Translations under genes and position numbers: made by a program
Shown: one piece after another, positions 1 to 7,780 of the stretch
Layout: every line of letters begins with the position of its first letter
How positions within the stretch are numbered: position 1 is the first letter of the stretch
IMG/VR virus record: IMGVR_UViG_3300035698_004319
Reading direction: 5' to 3' (one strand)
Length of the DNA stretch: 20,000 nucleotides
From: an uncultured virus (IMG/VR IMGVR_UViG_3300035698_004319)
Taxonomy: Duplodnaviria > Heunggongvirae > Uroviricota > Caudoviricetes
Notes under the pieces: generated by a model
The model's database searches: none
Told to the model about the DNA's origin: nothing
What the model saw: only the letters and a program-made list of their open reading frames with translations

Positions 1-1
1 T

Positions 2-1381
2 GACAACTTTGAATATTTTGATGGATCTGCTTGGGTTGCATTAGAAGGTGTTCCTATAATTACCGGCATTACTCCTACTAACGTAAGAGAAATTGATAGT
101 GCTTCTATAACAACTTTTATTATTACTGGTACAGGATTTAAAACAGGTGCAACTCTAGTATTGATAGGTTCTGATGCTGCTTCTATTTCTTTTGATTCTA
201 CTACAAGAAATTCATCGATTCAGTATACAGCTGTGATGACAAACAATAAACTTACAACTCTTAATAAAGAACCTTATAGTGTTAAAATTACAAATCCTTC
301 AGGAAATACTCACACACTAGCCGATCAAGTTAATGTTAACAATTCACCTTATTTTACTCTAGCTTCAGGAGCAATAGGTAGCACTCAAAGATTTGGTCCT
401 TTTTCAGAATATGTTACTGCTATTGATCCAGAAAGTGCAGGAGTTAAATATTATATAGATTCGGGAGCTTTACCTTCCGGGTTTTCATTAAATGCTGATA
501 CAGGAGAAATTGCTAGTGCTTCGTGGACTCCTGAAAGTGAAACTACAGTTTACACTTTTGTGGTTAGAGCTGAAGATACGTCTAGCAACTATTCACTTAG
601 AGGATATAATATTCCTTTATCGGGCCCGGTATCTCAATCATTTACTTCAAGTGGCACATTTAACGTACCAACAGGTGTAACGGCTGTTGAGGCTGTTGTT
701 GTTGCTTCAGGCGGCGGCGGAGGTTCAGGTGGTGGTGGCGGAGGTGGAGCAGGTGGTTTAGTTTATCACGCTACATATCCAGTTACTCCAGGCGGAACTG
801 TTTCAGTTACCGTGGGAGGTGCTGGAGGACAAAATGCTCAAGGAATTGCGTCAGCTTTTGGTAGTATATCTACAGTAGGTGGCGGTAGCGGCGGAACTGC
901 TGGTCCAGAAGGCGGACAAGGTACTGTTCGTACCGGAGGATCAGGCGGCGCTGGCGGCGGAGGTCAAGGCGGAGCTGCAGGAACACAAGGTCCTTCCGGT
1001 GGCGGAACAGGTTATGGAAATGCAGGAGCATCAGGTCCAGGACAAAGAGGTGGCGGAGGCGGTGGTGCCAGTGGAGCTGGAGCAAACCAAGTTGGCGGCC
1101 AAGGTTTGTCTTATACAACTGCTGATGGATCAACTCCAGTTTATTATGCTGGCGGCGGTGGCGGCGGTGGCGGTTATAGTGGTGGCCAACCAGGCGGCCC
1201 AGGCGGTAGTGGCGGCGGTGGCAGCGGAACAGGCCCGTACTACGATTCAGCCTCTTCAGGCAACAACGGTTCAGCAAATCGTGGTGGCGGTGGTGGCGGA
1301 GGTGTTCGTGGAACATCAATGCAAGGTATGAATATACCTCCATCACAAGGTGGATCTGGTATTGTTATCGTAAGATACTAG
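2..1381 (+). CDS. Putative virion fibre/adhesin, 5'-truncated: IPT/TIG-like domain, Ig-like (He_PIG-type) domain and C-terminal glycine-rich domain
   Basis: The frame is open from base 2 (DNFEYFDGSAWVALEGVPIITGITPTNV...FIITGTGFKTGATLV), so the TTG start at 161 in the ORF track is not the true start. 'PIITGITP...IITGTGF..GA' is an IPT/TIG-like pattern, 'SGALPSGFSLNADTGEI...YTFVVRAED' is He_PIG-like, and 'FTSSGTFNVPTGVTAVEAVVVASGGGGG...GGSGIVIVRY*' is a phage Gly-rich domain pattern. Confidence 0.8.
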   Translation, partial: DNFEYFDGSAWVALEGVPIITGITPTNVREIDSASITTFIITGTGFKTGATLVLIGSDAASISFDSTTRNSSIQYTAVMTNNKLTTLNKEPYSVKITNPSGNTHTLADQVNVNNSPYFTLASGAIGSTQRFGPFSEYVTAIDPESAGVKYYIDSGALPSGFSLNADTGEIASASWTPESETTVYTFVVRAEDTSSNYSLRGYNIPLSGPVSQSFTSSGTFNVPTGVTAVEAVVVASGGGGGSGGGGGGGAGGLVYHATYPVTPGGTVSVTVGGAGGQNAQGIASAFGSISTVGGGSGGTAGPEGGQGTVRTGGSGGAGGGGQGGAAGTQGPSGGGTGYGNAGASGPGQRGGGGGGASGAGANQVGGQGLSYTTADGSTPVYYAGGGGGGGGYSGGQPGGPGGSGGGGSGTGPYYDSASSGNNGSANRGGGGGGGVRGTSMQGMNIPPSQGGSGIVIVRY

Positions 1382-1433
1382 TTTAAAACTTTTATATATA
1401 CTATATCATTAATATAAACAAAGTGAGGCAAAA

Positions 1434-1823
1434 GTGAGCGAAGAACAGAACAATTCCGAACCTAAATTGGAAAATTTATATAGTTATCATCCTGAGGATG
1501 TTACATATAGAGATAAACTTGTAGTTAAAGAAGTAATCAAATTTTTAACAGAAAATCAAAACAAATCTTTTGATGATAATGAACAATCATTATTAGATAT
1601 GTTTCATATTGAAAAAACTCCCGAAAAAAGCGTTGAAGATTCTTTGTGGTATAAACTTACAAAGCACCAACCTTTAGGTATGTCCCCACAAGGACATAGA
1701 GTATATACCGAAAACGGTAAAAAGATTAGGGTACCTTACTTAGGATTTTCTGCTGATATTAATGTTTTAGATAAAATGTTACTGGAACTGTTAGAACAGT
1801 TAAAAGACAAAGCTTCTAAATAA
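1434..1823 (+). CDS. Hypothetical protein (129 aa)
   Basis: GTG start preceded by SD-like GTGAGG (1423-1428); fills the gap between neighbouring genes; no recognisable motif. Confidence 0.7.
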   Translation: MSEEQNNSEPKLENLYSYHPEDVTYRDKLVVKEVIKFLTENQNKSFDDNEQSLLDMFHIEKTPEKSVEDSLWYKLTKHQPLGMSPQGHRVYTENGKKIRVPYLGFSADINVLDKMLLELLEQLKDKASK

Positions 1824-1825
1824 GA

Positions 1826-1854
1826 TTGCCTTTTAACCTAAAAAATGTTATAAT
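1826..1854 (+). promoter_or_regulatory. Sigma70-type (early-type) promoter with extended -10
   Basis: TTGCCT (1826-1831), 17-bp spacer, perfect TATAAT (1849-1854) preceded by TG at 1846-1847; intergenic, directly upstream of the oxygenase cluster. Confidence 0.75.
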
Positions 1855-1862
1855 GTATAGTT

Positions 1863-2627
1863 ATGCAATTACACAATTGGTATTATTATTTTAAATCTGC
1901 TCTTACTCCCGAACAATGTAAAAAAATCATTGATACGGGCCTACAACTAATTACAGAAGATAAAGCAAACGGGGTTGATACCTCTGCTGTTACTTTTGGA
2001 AATAATCATAAACAATCTTTAATAAAACAAAATCCTAATGTTAATTCTATAGGAGATAAAACTATAGAAGAAACTTCAAAGGAAACAGGAAAATCTCCTG
2101 AAGAACTTTCTAAAAATTTTGTAATTCGAGATAGTGAAGTGACTTGGATGGGATATGATTGGTTATATAATTTAATAAACCCATATATAACAGAAGCGAA
2201 TATTGAAGCTGGTTGGAATTTTGAAGTTGATTGTTCGGAGTGTTTTCAATTTACAGTATATAAACCTGAAGGATTTTATGGGTGGCATTTTGATGGTTCT
2301 TCAGATTCAAAAGCTGCGTATAAGAGAGAAATTGCTGGAATAACTCCAGATACCCGTCAATATACTAAAAATAATTCTCACATAGGAAAAGTAAGAAAAA
2401 TTAGTCTAACAATTAATTTAAATTCTCCAGGAGAATATGAAGGCGGTAATTTAAAGTTTGATTTTGGTCCACATAGTCCAAGAAATAGATTTTATGAATG
2501 TGAAGAAATAAGACCTCAAGGTTCAATTATTGCTTTTCCATCATTCTTATACCACCAAGTAACCCCAATAACACAAGGCACAAGATACTCTCTTGTATTG
2601 TGGGTATTAGGGAAACCATTTAAGTAG
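1863..2627 (+). CDS. 2OG-Fe(II) oxygenase (prolyl-4-hydroxylase/PKHD-like)
   Basis: HxD (YGWHFD), 'RKISLTINLNSPGEYEGGNLKF', distal His (FPSFLYHQVTP) and RxS (GTRYSLVLW). Confidence 0.9.
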   Translation: MQLHNWYYYFKSALTPEQCKKIIDTGLQLITEDKANGVDTSAVTFGNNHKQSLIKQNPNVNSIGDKTIEETSKETGKSPEELSKNFVIRDSEVTWMGYDWLYNLINPYITEANIEAGWNFEVDCSECFQFTVYKPEGFYGWHFDGSSDSKAAYKREIAGITPDTRQYTKNNSHIGKVRKISLTINLNSPGEYEGGNLKFDFGPHSPRNRFYECEEIRPQGSIIAFPSFLYHQVTPITQGTRYSLVLWVLGKPFK

Positions 2628-2633
2628 GAAAAT

Positions 2634-3446
2634 ATGACAGAAAATAATATGATAGAATGGGAAGAATTTACCCAAGCACAGAAAAATGAATTTCAAAAAT
2701 TATTAAAAAAAGGAGCAGCAAATAATCCAAACATAATGCACCCAGCTGCTAAGTTTTTTAAGGAAAATGGTTGGGTTAAAATAGAAAAATTTATTGATAA
2801 GAATATGGCTAATTATTTTTATCATTATATAACTTTAGAAGCTCAGAGAGCTTTGTTCATAGAAGAAGTTGAAGGAAAAGAATACAATAAAGAGATATAC
2901 GGAACATTTTCAGATTCTCAAGCGCCGGGAGATTTTAGTAAATATGGCGATCTTGCATTTGATTCATTATTAAGCTTAGGGTTAGATCAAGTAGAAATGT
3001 TTACAAACAAGGAATTGGTTCCCACCTATTCTTATCACAGACTTTATACAAAAGGAACAGAATTAAAAAAACATAAAGATCGGGATAGTTGTGAAATTTC
3101 AACAACATTGTGTCTAGGTTATGATGTTAGTAATGTTGATTCTAAAAAATATCCAGATTGGAGTTGGCCTATGTTTATTGAAAAAGAAGGAGATACTCCT
3201 ATTCCTGTTCATATGTCCCCTGGAGATATGATAATTTATAGAGGGTGTGAATTGCACCACTGGAGAGAACCTTATAAAGGCAATAATCACGCTCAAGTAT
3301 TTTTGCATTATAATGAAAAGAATAAGGAAGTTAATAATATATTTGATGATAGGCCGGTATTAGGATTAAGTGCAAAGTATAAAACACAAAAAAATACATT
3401 AGAAGATGGTGATGTTATACATCCAGATGTTAACATTGTAGATTAA
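2634..3446 (+). CDS. 2OG-Fe(II) oxygenase-like protein (phage family)
   Basis: 'PTYSYHRLY..G..LKKHKDRDSCEISTTL' (HxD), 'PGDMIIYRGCELHHWRE' (distal His), 'HAQVFLHY'; pattern typical of oxygenase-like ORFs of aquatic T4-like phages. Confidence 0.8.
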   Translation: MTENNMIEWEEFTQAQKNEFQKLLKKGAANNPNIMHPAAKFFKENGWVKIEKFIDKNMANYFYHYITLEAQRALFIEEVEGKEYNKEIYGTFSDSQAPGDFSKYGDLAFDSLLSLGLDQVEMFTNKELVPTYSYHRLYTKGTELKKHKDRDSCEISTTLCLGYDVSNVDSKKYPDWSWPMFIEKEGDTPIPVHMSPGDMIIYRGCELHHWREPYKGNNHAQVFLHYNEKNKEVNNIFDDRPVLGLSAKYKTQKNTLEDGDVIHPDVNIVD

Positions 3447-3452
3447 TTAAAT

Positions 3453-4142
3453 ATGGACAATTGGAAAATTAATTTAAATACTAAAGATCCTAGATTTCCT
3501 TTTATTGTAATAGATAATTGGTATAATGAAAGAGAAGAAAAGGTTATATGGAAAGAATTAGAGTTATATACCGCTTTACCTAATGATTTAAAAGATAGAG
3601 CTGAAAAAGATGGACCAGTTGCGATGGCGGCCGATGGAACTTCTAAAAGTAAAGCTTTCAGATTTTATGTGGATCAAGTATATGCTAGTGGAGGCAAAAA
3701 ATATTCTCCAATTTTAAACTGTGCTTCAAAGATATTGAATCCTTCTTTAGCTCCTTATATATCTCAATGTCTTCCATATTCTCGTCACTTTTTTTCTGCT
3801 AGTAAAATATTTACACTTTGTTCTTATTATGAAGAAAATGATCATTATCACAACCATTTTGATTGTGGCCAATGGACGCTTTTAATTTGGTTTGTAAAAG
3901 ATAAAGAATTATTTACAGGAGGAGATTTTAGTTTACCTGAATCCAATAATTTAATAAAATTAAAACACAATAGAGCTGTTCTTTTCCCTGGATGTTGTTT
4001 ACACGCAGTAACTCCTGTTAAATTTAAATCGCCACCTGAAAAAGAAGGATTGGGTAGATATACAATAACCCATTTTATTAATTCTGAGGAAGATAGTGGA
4101 TCTAACCATATATCAGTTAAAGATTTAAAGGAACAAAAATGA
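3453..4142 (+). CDS. 2OG-Fe(II) oxygenase
   Basis: 'YYEENDHYHNHFD' (HxD), 'FTGGDF', 'NRAVLFPGCCLHAVTPV' (distal His), 'GRYTITHF' (2OG-binding Arg). Confidence 0.85.
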   Translation: MDNWKINLNTKDPRFPFIVIDNWYNEREEKVIWKELELYTALPNDLKDRAEKDGPVAMAADGTSKSKAFRFYVDQVYASGGKKYSPILNCASKILNPSLAPYISQCLPYSRHFFSASKIFTLCSYYEENDHYHNHFDCGQWTLLIWFVKDKELFTGGDFSLPESNNLIKLKHNRAVLFPGCCLHAVTPVKFKSPPEKEGLGRYTITHFINSEEDSGSNHISVKDLKEQK

Positions 4143-4633
4143 TTCAAATATTTGATAATTTTATGGATAATGATATTAAAAATGTATTAGAAAATCATTT
4201 TTTAAGTGTTCCACATTACTATGGCCATTTTTCTACAGAAACTTCAAATAGATTTTATGCTACAGATATGGATATGAAAAATCCTTTAATTATGTGTGTT
4301 GCTGAAAAACTAAAAAAAATAAAATTAATTACTGAAAATAAGGTTAATTTTTTAAGAACATATATAAACGTGCAACATAATCATATGGACGGATCATTTC
4401 ACGGAGATGATGGAGATATTACATTTCTTTTAATGTCTTCAAAAACTCTTAAAGAAGGATCAGGACAGTTTCAAATAAAAATTAATAACGACAATACCAA
4501 TATAAAGTCTATAGATTTTGTTCAAAATAGATTAATTATGTTTAAAGCTTCTTGGGAACACCGTGGAATGGCGCCTTTAGAACCAAATATACCTAGAATT
4601 ACATTAGCTTTTAAAAGCGAATTTATACGATAA
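4139..4633 (+). CDS. 2OG-Fe(II) oxygenase (small)
   Basis: 'IQIFDNFM' start, 'GSFHGDDG' (HxD), 'NRLIMFKASWEHRG' (distal His), 'RITLAFK'; ATGA overlap with the upstream gene. Confidence 0.85.
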   Translation: MIQIFDNFMDNDIKNVLENHFLSVPHYYGHFSTETSNRFYATDMDMKNPLIMCVAEKLKKIKLITENKVNFLRTYINVQHNHMDGSFHGDDGDITFLLMSSKTLKEGSGQFQIKINNDNTNIKSIDFVQNRLIMFKASWEHRGMAPLEPNIPRITLAFKSEFIR

Positions 4634-4645
4634 CAATTATTGATG

Positions 4646-4653
4646 TATAAATA
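4646..4653 (+). promoter_or_regulatory. T4-type late promoter (gp55 box)
   Basis: Perfect TATAAATA in the intergenic gap upstream of 4684. Confidence 0.8.
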
Positions 4654-4683
4654 TAGTTATAATACATATCGGTGTAGGTAACT

Positions 4684-5031
4684 ATGACAATTATTAATCA
4701 AATCAAAAACATTAAGATAAAACAAGGCTCTTCATTTAACGATACTTTTATTGTTAAAGACAATAGTGGAGATGTACAAGATTTAACAAGTTATACTGTT
4801 GAAGCCAAATTAGCAAGAGGCTATGCTTCAACACATACTAGAACCGATTTCACATCTGTCATTACTTCGGCTGCAGCTGGCACAATCACCTTATCTTTAT
4901 CAGACCAAGTAACGGATAATTTAGATCCACATACTAGATATGTTTATGATATAGTAATCACCTATACCGACAGCACAGTCACAAGAGTTTTTGAGGGTAT
5001 TGCTACTGTTGATCCGGGAGTTACAATTTAA
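4684..5031 (+). CDS. Small probable virion structural protein (beta-rich, Ig/BppU-like)
   Basis: 'IKQGSSF...DLTSYTVEAKL...GTITLSLS...T..L...RYVYDIVI...TRVFEG.ATV.PGVT' pattern is common among T4-like phage structural ORFs; sits behind a late promoter. Confidence 0.7.
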   Translation: MTIINQIKNIKIKQGSSFNDTFIVKDNSGDVQDLTSYTVEAKLARGYASTHTRTDFTSVITSAAAGTITLSLSDQVTDNLDPHTRYVYDIVITYTDSTVTRVFEGIATVDPGVTI

Positions 5032-6323
5032 TGTCCGATAATGTATTTGAAAATTTATTTAACATAGCTGAAAGTGTTAAAACTATACAAAAAGAAGAAG
5101 ACAAAAAATTAGAAGTATTAGAAGAAATATTTTCTCTATCAAAATTAGAAGAATTAAAAAATAATAACTTACAAGAAAACGAAGTAAATCTGGTTGACAG
5201 TTTATTAAGTTTAGCAAGTTCATTAAAAGAGTATCAGCCCACAGAAAAAAATATACAAGAATCAATTGTCGTTGAACAAACTGTTCCTGATAAAACGGTT
5301 GAGGATGTTTTCGGTCAACTAACAGAATTTTTATCTAACACTAGAAACGAATTAACACTTAAAGAAAATGATTTGATTAGAAATGCACAATCAGCTTTAA
5401 GTAATAAACTTGTTTCTACTCATTTAAAACCTGTTGATCATTATGAAATAGATAGAAATACCATTATTGATAGAATTACAAAATCGGCCAATACTTTTAA
5501 AGAACAGATTACTACAGGTGATATAACACTTGAAAATTTGCAGAAAGAGTTTAATAAATTTAAACAACTAACAACACTTCAATTACATTCACTAGGTGGC
5601 GGTGGTTCTACCAAAATTAATGAAATGGATGATATTGATTATAGTACAAAACAAAATGGTTATGCTTTAAAGTGGAATTCAACATCAAACAAATATGATT
5701 TTGGAGAAGTTGCCGTATCATTTGCAGCTGTAGATGAGGATATAATTCCTGACGTTAATAATACGAGAAATTTAGGTTCTGCTAGCAAAACTTGGTCAAA
5801 TGGATACTTTCAAAATCTTTATGTATCTGGCTCAACATTAGAAGTTTCAAACGACGCTGTATTGAAAGGTGATATTCAATTAGGTCTCAATTCAGGAGAT
5901 TCTACCGAAGATACTATTACAGTTAACGGAAGATTTGTTTCAAATTTAGAACCATTAACTAACATAACTTATGATTTAGGTTCTCCTAATAGAAGATGGA
6001 GAGATATTTATTTATCAGGAAATACTATTGACCTTGCAGGTGCAACTATATCAGGAGATGGTACAGGTGCAATTAATATTTCGGCTACCGGTGCAACTTT
6101 ACCAGCAGGATCAAAAGTTGGCACTCAAACCATTGCACAATCGGATGCTGTTACAGGAATTGTGACAAAATCTGTACCATTATATACACAAAATAGTGGA
6201 TTAGGAACACCAGCTGCAACATTTACTATGTCTGCTGGAGGAGGTTTAGGTGGTTCAATTTTTCAATCTTTTACGAAGGCAAATGGAACAACACAAGGAA
6301 AATTTGAATTATTTAGTTTTTAG
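5031..6323 (+). CDS. Probable virion protein: acidic helical N-terminal half plus fibre-like C-terminal half
   Basis: TAATG coupling with the upstream gene; E/K/L-rich N-terminus, 'LGGGGS' linker, 'GYALKWNSTSNKY', and two 'P.....(N/D)LGS....W...Y' repeats typical of phage fibre proteins. Confidence 0.7.
   Translation: MSDNVFENLFNIAESVKTIQKEEDKKLEVLEEIFSLSKLEELKNNNLQENEVNLVDSLLSLASSLKEYQPTEKNIQESIVVEQTVPDKTVEDVFGQLTEFLSNTRNELTLKENDLIRNAQSALSNKLVSTHLKPVDHYEIDRNTIIDRITKSANTFKEQITTGDITLENLQKEFNKFKQLTTLQLHSLGGGGSTKINEMDDIDYSTKQNGYALKWNSTSNKYDFGEVAVSFAAVDEDIIPDVNNTRNLGSASKTWSNGYFQNLYVSGSTLEVSNDAVLKGDIQLGLNSGDSTEDTITVNGRFVSNLEPLTNITYDLGSPNRRWRDIYLSGNTIDLAGATISGDGTGAINISATGATLPAGSKVGTQTIAQSDAVTGIVTKSVPLYTQNSGLGTPAATFTMSAGGGLGGSIFQSFTKANGTTQGKFELFSF
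5742..6011 (+). repeat. Two copies of a ~22-aa fibre repeat within the 430-aa protein
   Basis: IIPDVNNTRNLGSASKTWSNGY (5742-5807) versus LEPLTNITYDLGSPNRRWRDIY (5946-6011). Confidence 0.7.
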
Positions 6324-6334
6324 TAAAAATTTTA

Positions 6335-6342
6335 TATAAATA
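6335..6342 (+). promoter_or_regulatory. T4-type late promoter
   Basis: Perfect TATAAATA, followed by SD AGGAG and the ATG at 6362. Confidence 0.85.
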
Positions 6343-6361
6343 TAGTTTAGGAGAATAAAAA

Positions 6362-6916
6362 ATGGCAACAAAAGTACCAATAAGAACAGTTTTTGACGGT
6401 GATGGTAATGCAACAGGACTGGCTGAATTTCAGACAGGCGAGTTTATTGGTTATCTATACGGAGGTACTGGAGTATCGAGCATTGGAACGGCAGGTCAAG
6501 TTTTAAAAGTAAATTCAGGCGGAACCTCTTTAGAATATGGAAGTGTTGAAGCTGTAATTAATATTGATACAGCAACCGATTTAACAGATCAAACATTAAC
6601 AGTAACCGACCTATTAATTGCTTCAGATGGCGGAACAGAAGGTAGAATTACTTTATCCCAACTTGATACATTGTTTAAAGGTACAACTCAAATCCTTACA
6701 AACAAATCAATAGATTCAGATAATAATACTATTACTAATATAGTTAATGCTGATATTAAATCTAGTGCAGCTATTGACGCAACTAAAATTGCAAATGGAT
6801 CAGTATCAAGTACGGAATTTCAATATATTAGTACATTAGCTAGCAATGCACAGGATCAATTAAACGCAAAAGCAGAAAAGTCTTTTGCAATAGCACAAGC
6901 CATTGCTCTCGGATAA
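6362..6916 (+). CDS. Probable small fibre/structural protein
   Basis: Strong SD; fibre-like motifs 'GGTG....GTAGQVLKVNSGG..LEY', 'TQILTNKSID', 'QDQLNAK' and a hydrophobic C-terminus 'FAIAQAIALG'. Confidence 0.7.
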   Translation: MATKVPIRTVFDGDGNATGLAEFQTGEFIGYLYGGTGVSSIGTAGQVLKVNSGGTSLEYGSVEAVINIDTATDLTDQTLTVTDLLIASDGGTEGRITLSQLDTLFKGTTQILTNKSIDSDNNTITNIVNADIKSSAAIDATKIANGSVSSTEFQYISTLASNAQDQLNAKAEKSFAIAQAIALG

Positions 6917-6931
6917 ACACTATTATTTACT

Positions 6932-6939
6932 TATAAATA
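6932..6939 (+). promoter_or_regulatory. T4-type late promoter
   Basis: Perfect TATAAATA upstream of gp13. Confidence 0.85.
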
Positions 6940-6963
6940 GTAGAGTAAACACAAGGATATTAA

Positions 6964-7776
6964 ATGGCAACACCAGCTACAAGGGATAGTTTAAAAGAAT
7001 ACGCTTTAAGAACGTTAGGAAAACCTGTAATTGAAATCAACGCTGATAACGATCAATTAGAGGATAGACTAGACGAGGCTCTTCAATTTTATGCTCAGTA
7101 CCACTATGATGGTATTAGACGTACCTATCTTAAATATAAACTAACAGCTGATGACAAAATTAGACTGTCAGCAACAAATCCTTTTACAGAAACAATAACT
7201 AAAAATTCTGTTACCACTACTTGGAGTGAAGCTAATAACTTTTTAGTAGTTCCTGAATCAGTAATAGCTGTTACAAATATTTTTCCATTTTCATCCAAAG
7301 CAAGTATGAATTTATTTGATGTAAGATATCAATTACGTCTAAATGATTTGTATGATTTTACTTCAACCTCTATTATTAACTACGATATGGCAATGAGGCA
7401 TTTGGATTTTTTAGATCAAATTTTAGTGGGTATGAAACCTATAAGATTTCAACAAAATGATAATAGATTATATATTGATATGGATTGGGCCAATGATCTA
7501 CAAGAGGATGAATATTTAGTTATAGATTGTTATAGAAAATTAGATCCAACGGTATACACAGACGTTTTTAATGACATATGGCTAAAGAGATATGTAACAG
7601 CATTGTTTAAAAAACAATGGGGAGCTAATTTGTCAAAATTTGATGGAGTAACAATGATTGGTGGAGTTACATTAAACGGATCAAAGATTTTTTCTGAAGC
7701 AACAGAAGATATTGCCAAACTTGAAAAAGAAATAAGAGATAACTTTGAAATAGCTCCAAGCTTTATGATAGGATAG
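6964..7776 (+). CDS. gp13: Neck protein gp13
   Basis: 'LKEYALRTLGKPVIEIN...QLEDRLDEALQ...YHYDG' and 'WLKRYVTALFKKQWGANLSKF.GV...GGVTLNG'; synteny with gp14/gp15. Confidence 0.93.
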   Translation: MATPATRDSLKEYALRTLGKPVIEINADNDQLEDRLDEALQFYAQYHYDGIRRTYLKYKLTADDKIRLSATNPFTETITKNSVTTTWSEANNFLVVPESVIAVTNIFPFSSKASMNLFDVRYQLRLNDLYDFTSTSIINYDMAMRHLDFLDQILVGMKPIRFQQNDNRLYIDMDWANDLQEDEYLVIDCYRKLDPTVYTDVFNDIWLKRYVTALFKKQWGANLSKFDGVTMIGGVTLNGSKIFSEATEDIAKLEKEIRDNFEIAPSFMIG

Positions 7777-7780
7777 TGAT

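Noticed and set aside
161..163. TTG start given by the ORF track for the first CDS
   Set aside because: The frame is open to the window edge with protein-like sequence; the gene starts upstream.
700..1310. GGC/GGT repeats as a tandem array, CRISPR or DGR variable region
   Set aside because: Fully explained by glycine codons; no constant repeat-spacer period, template repeat or reverse transcriptase in the window.
870..1346. His/Arg-rich minus-strand ORF, plus the Ala/Val-rich alternative-frame ORF 879..1331 and ORF 492..680
   Set aside because: Shadow frames of the fibre gene, mostly produced by GGN codon runs; no SD or independent motif.
4640..4663. Second sigma70 promoter (TTGATG ... TATAAT at 4658-4663)
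   Set aside because: The spacer is only 12 bp and no -35 lies at the right distance; the late box explains this gap.
3114..5265. Minus-strand ORFs 3114..3308, 3848..4147 and 5083..5265
   Set aside because: Short antisense shadows of well-supported + strand genes.
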